This document shows positions 1-9,426 of a DNA stretch of 64,000 nucleotides, piece by piece (the stretch's first letter is position 1; each line of letters opens with the position of its first letter). The notes below the pieces were generated by a model that saw only the letters and a list, made by a program, of their open reading frames with translations, searched no databases and had not been told where the DNA came from. The stretch lies in contig JAEOTZ010000023.1 of assembly GCA_016839585.1 (NCBI GenBank), positions 29,370 to 93,369 of the forward strand, read 5' to 3'. The DNA comes from Promethearchaeota archaeon (GTDB lineage: Archaea > Asgardarchaeota > Lokiarchaeia > Sigyniarchaeales > SOKP01). The translations under genes and the position numbers were made by a program.

Positions 1-468
1 TATAAAAATAGTTGTATTTCCTTCAATAATCTTAACACCAGGAGCTGTACCTACAGTGTTAGGTAAAGGAGTGGATCCTTGAGGGAGAAAAGCCATTTTT
101 TCCCTCTCTTTCGTCATCCCTTCAAGTTTTAACAGTCCTTTTTCATAAGCACGCTCATAAGTTTTCTTGATAGCTTTATATGCATGTTGATTTAACTCTA
201 ATTCTCTATTTAAACCTTTTGCGATTCCAGTTAAAGTCATATCGTCAAAAGTAGGTCCTATACCTCCTGAAGTTATAATTATATCTGGTTTACGTTTTAG
301 AATATCTTGCAATGTACTTGATATTATATCTACTTCATCCCCTATTGTTGTTATTCTTTTAATTTTATGACCAAACTTAGTAATTCTTTTCGCCATCCAA
401 TTAGAGTTCGTATCTTGAGTTTTTCCAATAAGGATTTCATTTCCAATCATTAGAAGTTCAATATCCAT
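1..468 (-). CDS. CinA-like/molybdopterin-binding domain protein (partial, runs off window start)
   Basis: Manual translation from ATG 468: MDIELLMIGNEILIGKTQDTNSNWMAK...TIGDEVD...ITSGGIGPTFDDMT...NTVGTAPG, the MoCF_biosynth/CinA N-terminal signature. Confidence 0.88.
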   Translation of the reverse strand, partial: MDIELLMIGNEILIGKTQDTNSNWMAKRITKFGHKIKRITTIGDEVDIISSTLQDILKRKPDIIITSGGIGPTFDDMTLTGIAKGLNRELELNQHAYKAIKKTYERAYEKGLLKLEGMTKEREKMAFLPQGSTPLPNTVGTAPGVKIIEGNTTIFI

Positions 469-610
469 AAGTTCATCATCACACAAAAATAACAATCTAA
501 GTTAGTAAAATTAAATACTCAATTTCAAATTATCATTCTTCTAAGTTTAATTTAAAAAATTTGATATTCTATAAATCTTTTATACAATTAAATAAAAGAT
601 ACTGAAAATT

Positions 611-1147
611 TTGATAGAAATTGATGACGCAGGAACGGGGGATCTTGTAGGAGATGCATTTATTGGCCTCCTAAGAAAAGAGACCGGGAAATTAATTTTT
701 AGAACCTTACCGGTTGAGCTATTTAAGGGAGATAATTGGAAAAACAAACTACCTTTTAAAATTGTAGTTGACTTAGTTAAAGAGGGGCTGAAAGAATTAA
801 ATTTCAATAAAAACAGTGAAATGATAAAAATTTGTAGGGGAAATATTTTTAATCAAGTAAGAGCTTATTTTATAGAAGAGGGAATAAATTATGAAAATTC
901 TATAGTAGAAGGAAAATTACAGGATGCTGTAGAAAACAAATTAATTACTCATCTTAGAGAAGACTTAGGAGTTAGATCTAGAAATCTGACAACTAAAAGT
1001 GGAGCAAAAAGATTTTTTATTTTATTTAATTGGGTTTGTTATGATTTTTTCAATAGAGAAAAATATGTAAAGTCAGGTTTTAAGAAATGGAATACAGTCT
1101 GGAGAGATCGAGCTATTGAAAAAAATAAAAAAATAAAAAATTCATAA
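611..1147 (+). CDS. Hypothetical protein with RNase HII-like N-terminal motif
   Basis: IEIDDAGTGDLVG resembles RNase HII GIDEAGRGPxxG; remainder is divergent. Confidence 0.55.
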   Translation: MIEIDDAGTGDLVGDAFIGLLRKETGKLIFRTLPVELFKGDNWKNKLPFKIVVDLVKEGLKELNFNKNSEMIKICRGNIFNQVRAYFIEEGINYENSIVEGKLQDAVENKLITHLREDLGVRSRNLTTKSGAKRFFILFNWVCYDFFNREKYVKSGFKKWNTVWRDRAIEKNKKIKNS

Positions 1148-1330
1148 TATAGTATTAGCTCTAAATCGAAGGATAATTATTGAATTTAAGGACTATCACT
1201 TTTTAAGAATCAATAGCTTTTCTATAATAATATTTAAATACTGGGGTTTAATAATTAATAGTGATCAATAATTATCAGTTGATATTAGAAATCATTAAAG
1301 AAAAAATAAAGTGGTGAATCTCCAATTAGC

Positions 1331-3658
1331 ATGCGAAATATTGGGTCTCCTCCTTCTAAAAAAAAATTTATCGGAGCTTTAACATTATTAGCTCTTGGTT
1401 TTGCTTTGATACCGACCGGTTTTCTGCTTAATGATTTTATTCAAACTGAAATTGATAAAGGTATTGCTGATGAAATTCGAATACCTGAACTGGATGACTC
1501 AGGTTATGATGAATGGATATCAAATGATTATCCAAGTGCCATTCCTATGTACAGAAAATTTTATATGTGGAATTTAACTAATCCTATTGAGTTTCTTATG
1601 GGAAAGAAACCAGAGCTTGAAGAGATTGGTCCTTATACTTTCCGGGAATATACAACAAAATATAATGTGAGTTTTAGTGCCAATATGGATGAGGTAACCT
1701 ATAAACAATACCCAACATATATATTTCAGCCTGATATGTCTGCTCCCTTATGCTCTCTGGATGATAATATTATAAACATAAATCCTGCCTATTTAGGAGT
1801 TCTGGAATTAGCAGGAAATGAGGAAAATCTAATTAAAGCCATGTTTCCAACTGTTCTTTCAGAAGTGAAAACCCTATTTGGAGAAGAATTAAATGTAACT
1901 CTAGGAGAACTTTTGACTAATGAAGGAATTTATAACATGCTCGTAGGGGCTTTGTATGACATACTTAGCGATTTATTTTCTGGACTTCTTGGTGATGGGG
2001 CGATAAACCTAACTGCTACATGGATAGTTGATTTTCTTACTACATACATCGTACCGTTAGAAGATCTGGTGGAATTTATGGATGATGCGATGCCTAGTGC
2101 TGAAGCAATTTTCTTTGCGGAATGGGCAATTGATTATTTTCCTGAAGTTCAAGTGGATTTATCTATTTTATTTGGACATATATTAGAAGTAATAAGCGAT
2201 CTTGTTGATTTTATTATTGATCTCATTTTCTTTTGGGATGTTTTACACTTATTTGATGCTATTAAGGATGCTCTACATGAAGAACTTATGAATATGTTTG
2301 AAGAGTTGTTTACTGAATCTCCAGTAGCAGAATTAATTGGAGGACTCTTTGCGGATTTGATCCGAAGTCTAGGCGCTAAAATGGTTGATGAGGAAGGTAG
2401 CGAGACGGGTGAAGGGGTTGATATTGATGGTCGAGAACCCTATAATTTTCCAGGTCCAAGTTCTGATCTAAATATCATTAATCGTAGTGAAGCCGGTGAA
2501 TCTGGAATCACTCAGGAGCAATGTCAAGCTCTTTGGGATCAGAACAACCCAAACTCACTTCTTGGTATGGATGTACAGGTTAATCCGATATGGTTTGAAG
2601 CATTAGCAGGAATTGAAGAAAGTAAAATATTCTTAATGAATGCATTTTATTTAAATGAAACTCAACTAGATTTAATTTTGAATTGGATTGATACTAGTTT
2701 AACTGGATGGCAAAAAAATATTTGTGAATATTCGATAAAAGATTGGAATAGCGGTTTACTTACTACTCGTACTGTCGAAGAATGGCTCTTCACAGCTGTT
2801 GACAATTTAGTAAATGAACAAAACCCTGCAAAAGCAAAAGTAGGGTTTTTTGACAATTGCTTTTCTGAAACTGAAGCGGAAGCTGAGGATATGAAAAGTT
2901 TTACCGTAAATACAGGTAAAAATGATATTAATAAAGTCTGTGAGATTGTTAAATATGATGGTAAGGAAAATATTACTGTTTGGGAAGAAGAAGAAATTGT
3001 TCAAGGTACAGCGGGTACTCAATTCGCACCGGGGGTTTCTAAAAATAACCCTCTTTATGTCTTCATAACTGATTTATTAAGAGCAGTAGAGATTATCTAT
3101 ACTGAAACTACTAGTATTTATGATATTGAATTATATAGGTTTGAAATATCGGAAGAGACCTTTAAAGTTAACCCAAAATACTACCAATCCATTGAAGGGT
3201 TAGCTAATATGACAGTAGATCAAGGAATTCCTGCTTTCTTAAGTAAACCTCATTTTCTTGATGCAAGTAGCTATCTGAAAGATTCTGTGACTGGTTTAGA
3301 TCCCAATAAGGCAGAACATGACACTTATCTTGATATTGAGCCTTTAACGGGCGCTGCAATGAATGCAGCTGAAAGAATACAGATTAATTTTCTGGTTAAT
3401 CAAACTGATAAATGGTATATAAACTGCTGGGAAGGCATGATGCCTATTGTTTGGCTTGAATTTGGTGGACAAATAACAGAAAATCTAGCAAATAAATTCA
3501 AAAATTTGGTTTATACCGCTCAAAATCTAAGTGAAAATCTGTTCTATGGATGTATTAGTATTGGGGCTACCCTGATTATTCCTGGTGTGATTTTTACAAC
3601 AACACAGAATAGAAAGCGATTAAACGTTAAAAAACAAAAATTATCACAAAGCGTTTAA
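1331..3658 (+). CDS. CD36/scavenger receptor class B (LIMP-2/croquemort-like) membrane protein
   Basis: N- and C-terminal TM helices; FYMWNLTNP..KPELEEIGPYTFRE, GTAGTQFAP, LSKPHFLDA, HDTYLDIEPLTG, RIQIN, MPIVW motifs in CD36-family order. Confidence 0.9.
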   Translation: MRNIGSPPSKKKFIGALTLLALGFALIPTGFLLNDFIQTEIDKGIADEIRIPELDDSGYDEWISNDYPSAIPMYRKFYMWNLTNPIEFLMGKKPELEEIGPYTFREYTTKYNVSFSANMDEVTYKQYPTYIFQPDMSAPLCSLDDNIININPAYLGVLELAGNEENLIKAMFPTVLSEVKTLFGEELNVTLGELLTNEGIYNMLVGALYDILSDLFSGLLGDGAINLTATWIVDFLTTYIVPLEDLVEFMDDAMPSAEAIFFAEWAIDYFPEVQVDLSILFGHILEVISDLVDFIIDLIFFWDVLHLFDAIKDALHEELMNMFEELFTESPVAELIGGLFADLIRSLGAKMVDEEGSETGEGVDIDGREPYNFPGPSSDLNIINRSEAGESGITQEQCQALWDQNNPNSLLGMDVQVNPIWFEALAGIEESKIFLMNAFYLNETQLDLILNWIDTSLTGWQKNICEYSIKDWNSGLLTTRTVEEWLFTAVDNLVNEQNPAKAKVGFFDNCFSETEAEAEDMKSFTVNTGKNDINKVCEIVKYDGKENITVWEEEEIVQGTAGTQFAPGVSKNNPLYVFITDLLRAVEIIYTETTSIYDIELYRFEISEETFKVNPKYYQSIEGLANMTVDQGIPAFLSKPHFLDASSYLKDSVTGLDPNKAEHDTYLDIEPLTGAAMNAAERIQINFLVNQTDKWYINCWEGMMPIVWLEFGGQITENLANKFKNLVYTAQNLSENLFYGCISIGATLIIPGVIFTTTQNRKRLNVKKQKLSQSV

Positions 3659-3751
3659 TCATATTTATATTCCATCTATCAAAGATTAATATATAAATGT
3701 TGCTTTTGAAAGTTAATGAATTATAACTGAACAATTCTTAATAGGTGTATA

Positions 3752-4453
3752 ATTCTTACGGTTAATAAAAAAAATACTATTGATCATGAATTTGTAATTT
3801 TAGAGAGTATTAGGGATAACCCTGGAGGAGTTACAGCTTCAGATATAGCTAAAATTACAAAATTCTCAAGAAATACTGTTTCTAAATATGTTCGCAGCCT
3901 TGAGGTTACAAATCAAATATTTAGTAAAAAAGTTGGTGCTTATAAATTATATTTTGCCGTGGAAAAGAGGTATATTCCATTCGAAACTGCTATTTCATAC
4001 TACAAAGCACTTTTATCAAAAATTAAAAAACACTTCCCAGATACAGAGGAAATAGCAAAAAAAATCGGAAGAGAGGCTGTTAAAGATATAAAATTTACAT
4101 TTGGACCCAGCATTTATAAACAATTAAAAAGCATAAAAGATCATCCCATTTCAAGAATACACTTAGAAAGTTTCAAAAGTTATTACTCTGCTTATGATAT
4201 TTTTCAACCCAATATCGATATTTCCATTTTAAAAATAGATCCAGAAGGTAAAAAAGCAACTTATAGATTTAAAAATTCTGTCTTTTTAGAAAATTCTGAT
4301 GAGTTTATATATCATCTTTATATTATGTGTGGGATTAGTGAAGGAATACTTAATAGAGTATTAAAAACAGAAGTATCATGTGAAATTGAGCAAATTTTTA
4401 TTTCTGATAATAAAGAGGACTCTTTTTTTGATCTAAAAATTAAAATAAAATAA
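3752..4453 (+). CDS. Winged-HTH transcriptional regulator with V4R/H-NOX-like C-terminal domain (start uncertain, non-canonical)
   Basis: Frame is open from 3731. ILESIRDNPGGVTASDIAKITKFSRNTVSKYVRSLE...KKVGAYKLYF lies upstream of the track's GTG 3959. C-terminus has AKKIGRE...CGISEGIL. Confidence 0.75.
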   Translation: MLTVNKKNTIDHEFVILESIRDNPGGVTASDIAKITKFSRNTVSKYVRSLEVTNQIFSKKVGAYKLYFAVEKRYIPFETAISYYKALLSKIKKHFPDTEEIAKKIGREAVKDIKFTFGPSIYKQLKSIKDHPISRIHLESFKSYYSAYDIFQPNIDISILKIDPEGKKATYRFKNSVFLENSDEFIYHLYIMCGISEGILNRVLKTEVSCEIEQIFISDNKEDSFFDLKIKIK

Positions 4454-4465
4454 ATTTTCAGCAAG

Positions 4466-4567
4466 ATGAAAATTGTTATATTTGCCCCTCACCCTGATGA
4501 TGAAATTTATGGTTGTAGTGGGAGTATATTAAAATGGATGGAAGAGGGTAAATATTATAATATTTAA
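4466..4567 (+). pseudogene. N-terminal stub of a PIG-L/LmbE-family deacetylase
   Basis: MKIVIFAPHPDDEIYGCSGSILKW followed by a stop after 33 aa. Confidence 0.8.
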
Positions 4568-4584
4568 TTAGACGATATTTATTA

Positions 4585-5265
4585 TTACTTTATAGTTGTA
4601 CCACAATCTGGACAAATTTTTGTTTTAGCAGGTAATTCAGCACCGCATGCAAAGCAAATTACTTTATTATTATCTTTAGGTTGTTCAAGTTCAATTTTGC
4701 CTTGATTTTGAGTTTGGCCATTTTCTCCTTTTTTTGGTGTAAAAATACTCATATCTATATCCTTTTTTAATACTTTTTTCACATAGTTATTATCATGGGG
4801 AGTAATTATTTCAAAATCCTTTTTAGGTTGAATTTCCTTAAACCCATCAGGTAAATTCTTGAGTTCAGAATCCTCTACAAATTTCACATCTTTTACTTCA
4901 ATTACTTTACTTACTTCCTCGCCATCAGTTAAAAAATCTTCACTATAAGATTCTTCAGAACTTATAGCATCAATTATTTCTTGATCTGGAGTCTCCTCTA
5001 CTTTAGGTTCAATCTCTTCACCTGATAAATCCTCTATGATTTTTCCTGATTTTAGATTTTTTATGTGTTGAACTAGTCCTTCAGTTTTCTTGATAAGCAT
5101 ATTTTTAAAAGAAAAATCTAAATTTCGGGATTTTGAAAATCGGAGAATCATTTCAGATATCTCTACCCATAATTTTATAGCTGCAGTTATCTCATTACTT
5201 TTTTCAAGACTCTTTGCTATTGCTATTTTAGTGCCGAGCTCTTTATTAAATTTCGCAATATCCAT
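4585..5265 (-). CDS. MIT-like domain protein with C-terminal zinc ribbon
   Basis: N-terminal three-helix pattern AKSLEKSNEITAAIKLW...LIKKTEGLVQHIKNLK; acidic linker; CFACG..CPDCG. Confidence 0.7.
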   Translation of the reverse strand: MDIAKFNKELGTKIAIAKSLEKSNEITAAIKLWVEISEMILRFSKSRNLDFSFKNMLIKKTEGLVQHIKNLKSGKIIEDLSGEEIEPKVEETPDQEIIDAISSEESYSEDFLTDGEEVSKVIEVKDVKFVEDSELKNLPDGFKEIQPKKDFEIITPHDNNYVKKVLKKDIDMSIFTPKKGENGQTQNQGKIELEQPKDNNKVICFACGAELPAKTKICPDCGTTIK

Positions 5266-5420
5266 TATGGAATCTCTCTTTTATTCTATAAAATGCAAAA
5301 TTAACAAATAAATTCTTCCTATTAAATTTTTATCTGATTATACAAAAATTCAAATTTAAAATCCCTATTAGATTATTAAGAATGCTTTCTATCTATACTA
5401 AAATGTCTATATACTATTAA

Positions 5421-7316
5421 TTGATCATGTCAATAAGTCCATTTTCTTCCAATGAAATACAAAATTTAATGGAATTTATTCAAAAAAATGGATGGAATAT
5501 AGAAGGAATTATTGAAAACTTCTTCCGATACAGTATAAAGAAAAAGAAATTAGTTTTATTTACGATAAAATTTCCAGTCACTTTACCCTTAAGGATTAAT
5601 GTTCCGTTTGAAATTGTTAGTTTTCGTATTTCTCTTGCGTTCCAATTATGGCATTTAAACCAACATATCTATAACACAATTCTTTATTTAATGAAAACAT
5701 TAAGGAATTTAGCGTTATCCTTGACTATGGAACATAAATTTCCAATTGAGGGAAAACAACAACAGGTTATAGATTTATTAAATTTAATTTTACCTGAAAT
5801 AATAAACAATGAAAATGAAAATACATGGTTAAACCGAATTCGGATCTCATTAATGAATAAAAGAGATCAATTAAAAGATTATATACCTGAGAAACTTAAG
5901 AGTTTAGTTGAAGTTTTAAGAAATTCAGGATTAGAACCTACTTTCAAGCAGCCCTGGGAATTAAGAAAGGGTGTTCCTAAAATTAGAACCTCTGAGACTT
6001 TATTTTTTTCAAATGAAGAAGATTTTAATGAATTTTTTATATTGGAAAAGGGATATTATACTTATTTCAAAGATATTGCATATAATAAATTCTATATAAG
6101 AAGCGCATTTGATAGTTACACACCTTATATTTTAAATGATTTATTTAATGATATTCCTGATTTCAAATTAGAATTGTTTATAGAAAATTGGATCAAATTT
6201 TCTAGAATAATTCTTAATTCTATATTAGAAATTCTTTCACAAGGAAATATAAATCAACATGAATTTATACAATTCAGGCCTGAGAAAGAATTAATTGATA
6301 ATATTGAAAATTTTATTTCAGAAAAGAACAATTTTCCATTTTCTGCGTTACGCTATGAAAGTTTTATAGCAAAAGAGGTATTTCCTATTCATACTGACTT
6401 ATTAAATAAACCTCCTACTAATTTTGAAGTAATAGAAACCATGAATCATTATACAGCAGCTGAGGAATTAATAAAAAACTATCGATTTGAAGAAGCTACT
6501 AACATTTTCAATGAATCTCTTAAAGTTTTTAATAAAAATCAACAAAAAAAGATTGTTGTTTCAATCTTGTTGAAATTAAGAAATATAGCAATTCTATTAG
6601 ATCAACGAGATGCAGCTCTCAATTATTTACAAAATGCTTTTGGAGTTGCTAAATCAGGAGAAGTTCCTATAGAATATATAATTAAAATCCATTATAAATT
6701 AGGAAAAACACATTATAGAAGGAAAGATTTTGAAAAATCTTTAAATCATTTTAAAATTATAACTAATTTCTTGAAAAGCGAAGATGTTACTCTAAATAAA
6801 GAAGAATATATAGGTATGGCCTATCTTTATATTGGATTAATTAATTCAGAGCAAAATAATATCGTTGAATCCAAAACCAATTTTAAAAAAGTAATAGAAT
6901 TGAGTAAAAATTCAAATAAAATTAAATTAAAATATTACCTCCTTCGTGCAATTCAATTAAAGAACAGAGGAAATTTATCTCAAGCTCAAAAATTATTGAA
7001 TGTCGCTATTAACGATGTTGGATTTGATTTTGGCGATGATAGTTATCGGAATATTTTAATGGATCTAATTCTTGAATTAGCTGAATTTTATATTCATTAT
7101 AGAAAAGATTCAAAAAAAGCATTCTATTTGTTGAATAAAATGCAGAATCATCTTTCTTTTAAGGAAGTAAACAATATACGTAGATCAGTTCGCTGGAACT
7201 TGTTAATGAGCGATTATTATAATATTATTGCTAGGGACAGTAAAAATTCTCAATTTTATTTAAAACAGAGCCAGAAACTTAAAGCTCAATTAAGAACAAT
7301 AGGAATAATAGAATAA
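5421..7316 (+). CDS. TPR-repeat protein
   Basis: C-terminal half has TPR-like helices (IHYKLGKTHY..FEKSLNHF; AYLYIGLIN..ESKTNFKKVI). Confidence 0.7.
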   Translation: MIMSISPFSSNEIQNLMEFIQKNGWNIEGIIENFFRYSIKKKKLVLFTIKFPVTLPLRINVPFEIVSFRISLAFQLWHLNQHIYNTILYLMKTLRNLALSLTMEHKFPIEGKQQQVIDLLNLILPEIINNENENTWLNRIRISLMNKRDQLKDYIPEKLKSLVEVLRNSGLEPTFKQPWELRKGVPKIRTSETLFFSNEEDFNEFFILEKGYYTYFKDIAYNKFYIRSAFDSYTPYILNDLFNDIPDFKLELFIENWIKFSRIILNSILEILSQGNINQHEFIQFRPEKELIDNIENFISEKNNFPFSALRYESFIAKEVFPIHTDLLNKPPTNFEVIETMNHYTAAEELIKNYRFEEATNIFNESLKVFNKNQQKKIVVSILLKLRNIAILLDQRDAALNYLQNAFGVAKSGEVPIEYIIKIHYKLGKTHYRRKDFEKSLNHFKIITNFLKSEDVTLNKEEYIGMAYLYIGLINSEQNNIVESKTNFKKVIELSKNSNKIKLKYYLLRAIQLKNRGNLSQAQKLLNVAINDVGFDFGDDSYRNILMDLILELAEFYIHYRKDSKKAFYLLNKMQNHLSFKEVNNIRRSVRWNLLMSDYYNIIARDSKNSQFYLKQSQKLKAQLRTIGIIE

Positions 7317-7328
7317 TAAAAAGAGAAA

Positions 7329-7535
7329 TTACTTACGCTTGTAGGAGGCACGTTTTGCGCCAAGACTATCTTGTTGACCCCCAAAACGGCCATTTATAAA
7401 TCTAGCAGCATATAACTCTCTAAATCGCATCCTTGGAGGTTTCTTCTTTTTTGCATTTACTCCTGATCGCTCAATTTTCGGAGTCTGCATCTTAACTTTT
7501 CCCGCTTTTGTTAATGAACCATGAGAACCCGGCAT
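7329..7535 (-). CDS. rps30e: 30S ribosomal protein S30e (eS30)
   Basis: HGSLTKAGKVKMQTPK signature; AGGAG SD upstream. Confidence 0.95.
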   Translation of the reverse strand: MPGSHGSLTKAGKVKMQTPKIERSGVNAKKKKPPRMRFRELYAARFINGRFGGQQDSLGAKRASYKRK

Positions 7536-7723
7536 TATTATTAAACTCCTTATTTTAAGTTTTATATGATTTATACTATAATATTATCAATTAATTAAAA
7601 CTCTTAAATTTTGTCATTTTTAATAAAAAATCTAAAGATCGGACTCCAAATTCTTTATTATTTCATCTAAAATTTAATATTTGTAATAAAATTCTATTTT
7701 AAATTAAAAATTGGGAAACGTCT

Positions 7724-7885
7724 ATGTCATATAATGAAAAAAAACAAGAAAATAGTACTTCAGAAAATAAAATAGAAAAAATTTTATATGGTGTTAATGA
7801 TAATGTTTGTTTTGCATGCGGAGAAAAGATTAAACGTAACACTATGGTATGTCCTTATTGTAAAACTAAAATTAAATTAGGATGA
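7724..7885 (+). CDS. Small zinc-ribbon protein (53 aa, not in ORF track)
   Basis: ATG 7724 to TGA 7885: ...VCFACGEKIKRNTMVCPYCKTKIKLG. Confidence 0.7.
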   Translation: MSYNEKKQENSTSENKIEKILYGVNDNVCFACGEKIKRNTMVCPYCKTKIKLG

Positions 7886-7901
7886 AACTAAATAAAATAT
7901 T

Positions 7902-8396
7902 ATGACCCATCGAAATATTCGAAGAAAGCAACTTATTAGTATATGGGTTTTGGTTATTGTCATATTTACTATTTTATCCGTTGTTTTATCGCTTGTACTT
8001 GATTCATATATATGGTGGATCTTAATACCGATTGCATTTCTTTTAATTGCTACATTTCAAGCTATGTCTCACTTTTTTTGGATCGCTGAAAAAACTTGCC
8101 CTAGATGTAATGTTCCAACAAGTATATATTCAGAATTCTGCAGAAATTGCGGGTTAAAATTGTTACATAGATGTCCTTCATGTAGGAAATACTTAAGCAC
8201 TGAAAGGCAATTCTGTGATAGTTGTGGGTATGAGTTTAAATATATTGAGGAAGAAAAGGAACCTTTTAAATATGAAGTACTAGAAGAGGGTACTCCTGCT
8301 CCACAAAAGCCAAACTTTTGTACTACTTGCGGTGCTAGAATAAAAAGCGAAGAAGAAATTAAATATTGTGAAATGTGTGGAGCAAAAATCGAATAA
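7902..8396 (+). CDS. Membrane protein with double/triple zinc ribbon
   Basis: Two TM helices followed by six CxxC pairs. Confidence 0.8.
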   Translation: MTHRNIRRKQLISIWVLVIVIFTILSVVLSLVLDSYIWWILIPIAFLLIATFQAMSHFFWIAEKTCPRCNVPTSIYSEFCRNCGLKLLHRCPSCRKYLSTERQFCDSCGYEFKYIEEEKEPFKYEVLEEGTPAPQKPNFCTTCGARIKSEEEIKYCEMCGAKIE

Positions 8397-8411
8397 GTAT
8401 CTATCTTTTAC

Positions 8412-8981
8412 TTAAGTTTTTTTATTCCTAAATAAAAATGATAATCCAATCCATAAAAATAGATAAACTAGATAATTTCTTATAAATACTGATAAATCTT
8501 CTCCATAATATGCTAATTTTAGGAAATATACAGAAAATAACCAAATTGTATTCAAAAGAATAATAAAAGGCGCAAATTTCTGCCTTAATGTTTCTTTCTT
8601 TTTCCAAATTAAATAAATACTAAGTAATAAAGGTATTAGATGTATATAATCATAGAAAAGAAAGATAAAAAAAAATTCATATGATACAATTATTCCTAAT
8701 GGGGCTAATGAATATACTAAGAAATTATTTAAATACGGATTGTCATGATAAATCAGCCATGCTATTGAAAGAGAGAAGTACCATTGACTTATTGTAAAAA
8801 TCACTATATTAACTCCCTCATCTCCATGTTGCCTAACTCCATGCTGAAATGTGTCTAATGGTTGCCACCAATAAGGTATTAAAAATTGAAATAGTAAAGA
8901 TATTATGGTGGCAATCGCAACTTGAATTAATGTTATAGACTCTAAGCTTAAATTATTGAGCTTAATTGGAAACTTTAGCAT
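8412..8981 (-). CDS. Hypothetical integral membrane protein
   Basis: About six hydrophobic segments. Confidence 0.7.
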   Translation of the reverse strand: MLKFPIKLNNLSLESITLIQVAIATIISLLFQFLIPYWWQPLDTFQHGVRQHGDEGVNIVIFTISQWYFSLSIAWLIYHDNPYLNNFLVYSLAPLGIIVSYEFFFIFLFYDYIHLIPLLLSIYLIWKKKETLRQKFAPFIILLNTIWLFSVYFLKLAYYGEDLSVFIRNYLVYLFLWIGLSFLFRNKKT

Positions 8982-9034
8982 TTAGTCTTTAAATTTTTGA
9001 GTTTATATTACTCTTACTAATTAATAGATATATT

Positions 9035-9397
9035 TTAAAATCCTTTAGTACCAAATTTTCCCGGTGTAAGGTTATAAGGAGGAGATTCATATCCACAAGC
9101 AGAACATAATCGTTTTCTTTATTTCTCTTTTCTTTTTTTTTTTAACTTTTTTTTTGATTCTGAGATTTTAAATCTTAATTTAGCAATTTCTTCATCTTTT
9201 GTTTTAATAATTTCTTTTAATTCATTTATTATTAATCGCTGCTTGTCCACTTTATCCTGCAAATCTTTTACTAAAGCATTAAGAGGAGATTTAGATTTTA
9301 AATCTTCTATTCTAATAACAGATGAAGTTGGTTTTATATTAGTTAATTTTTCAAAATGTTGTTGAAGCTCTATGTTTTCTTTTCTTAAAAAACTCAT
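9035..9397 (-). pseudogene. Coiled-coil protein, probably degraded (in-frame stops)
   Basis: The 92-aa coiled-coil ORF is bounded by TAA codons with coding-like sequence in frame on both sides (TLESDLILKD* before; RKRLCSACGYESPP...KGF* after). Confidence 0.4.
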
Positions 9398-9426
9398 TTA
9401 ATCTTTCAATATTAGGTCTGATTCTA

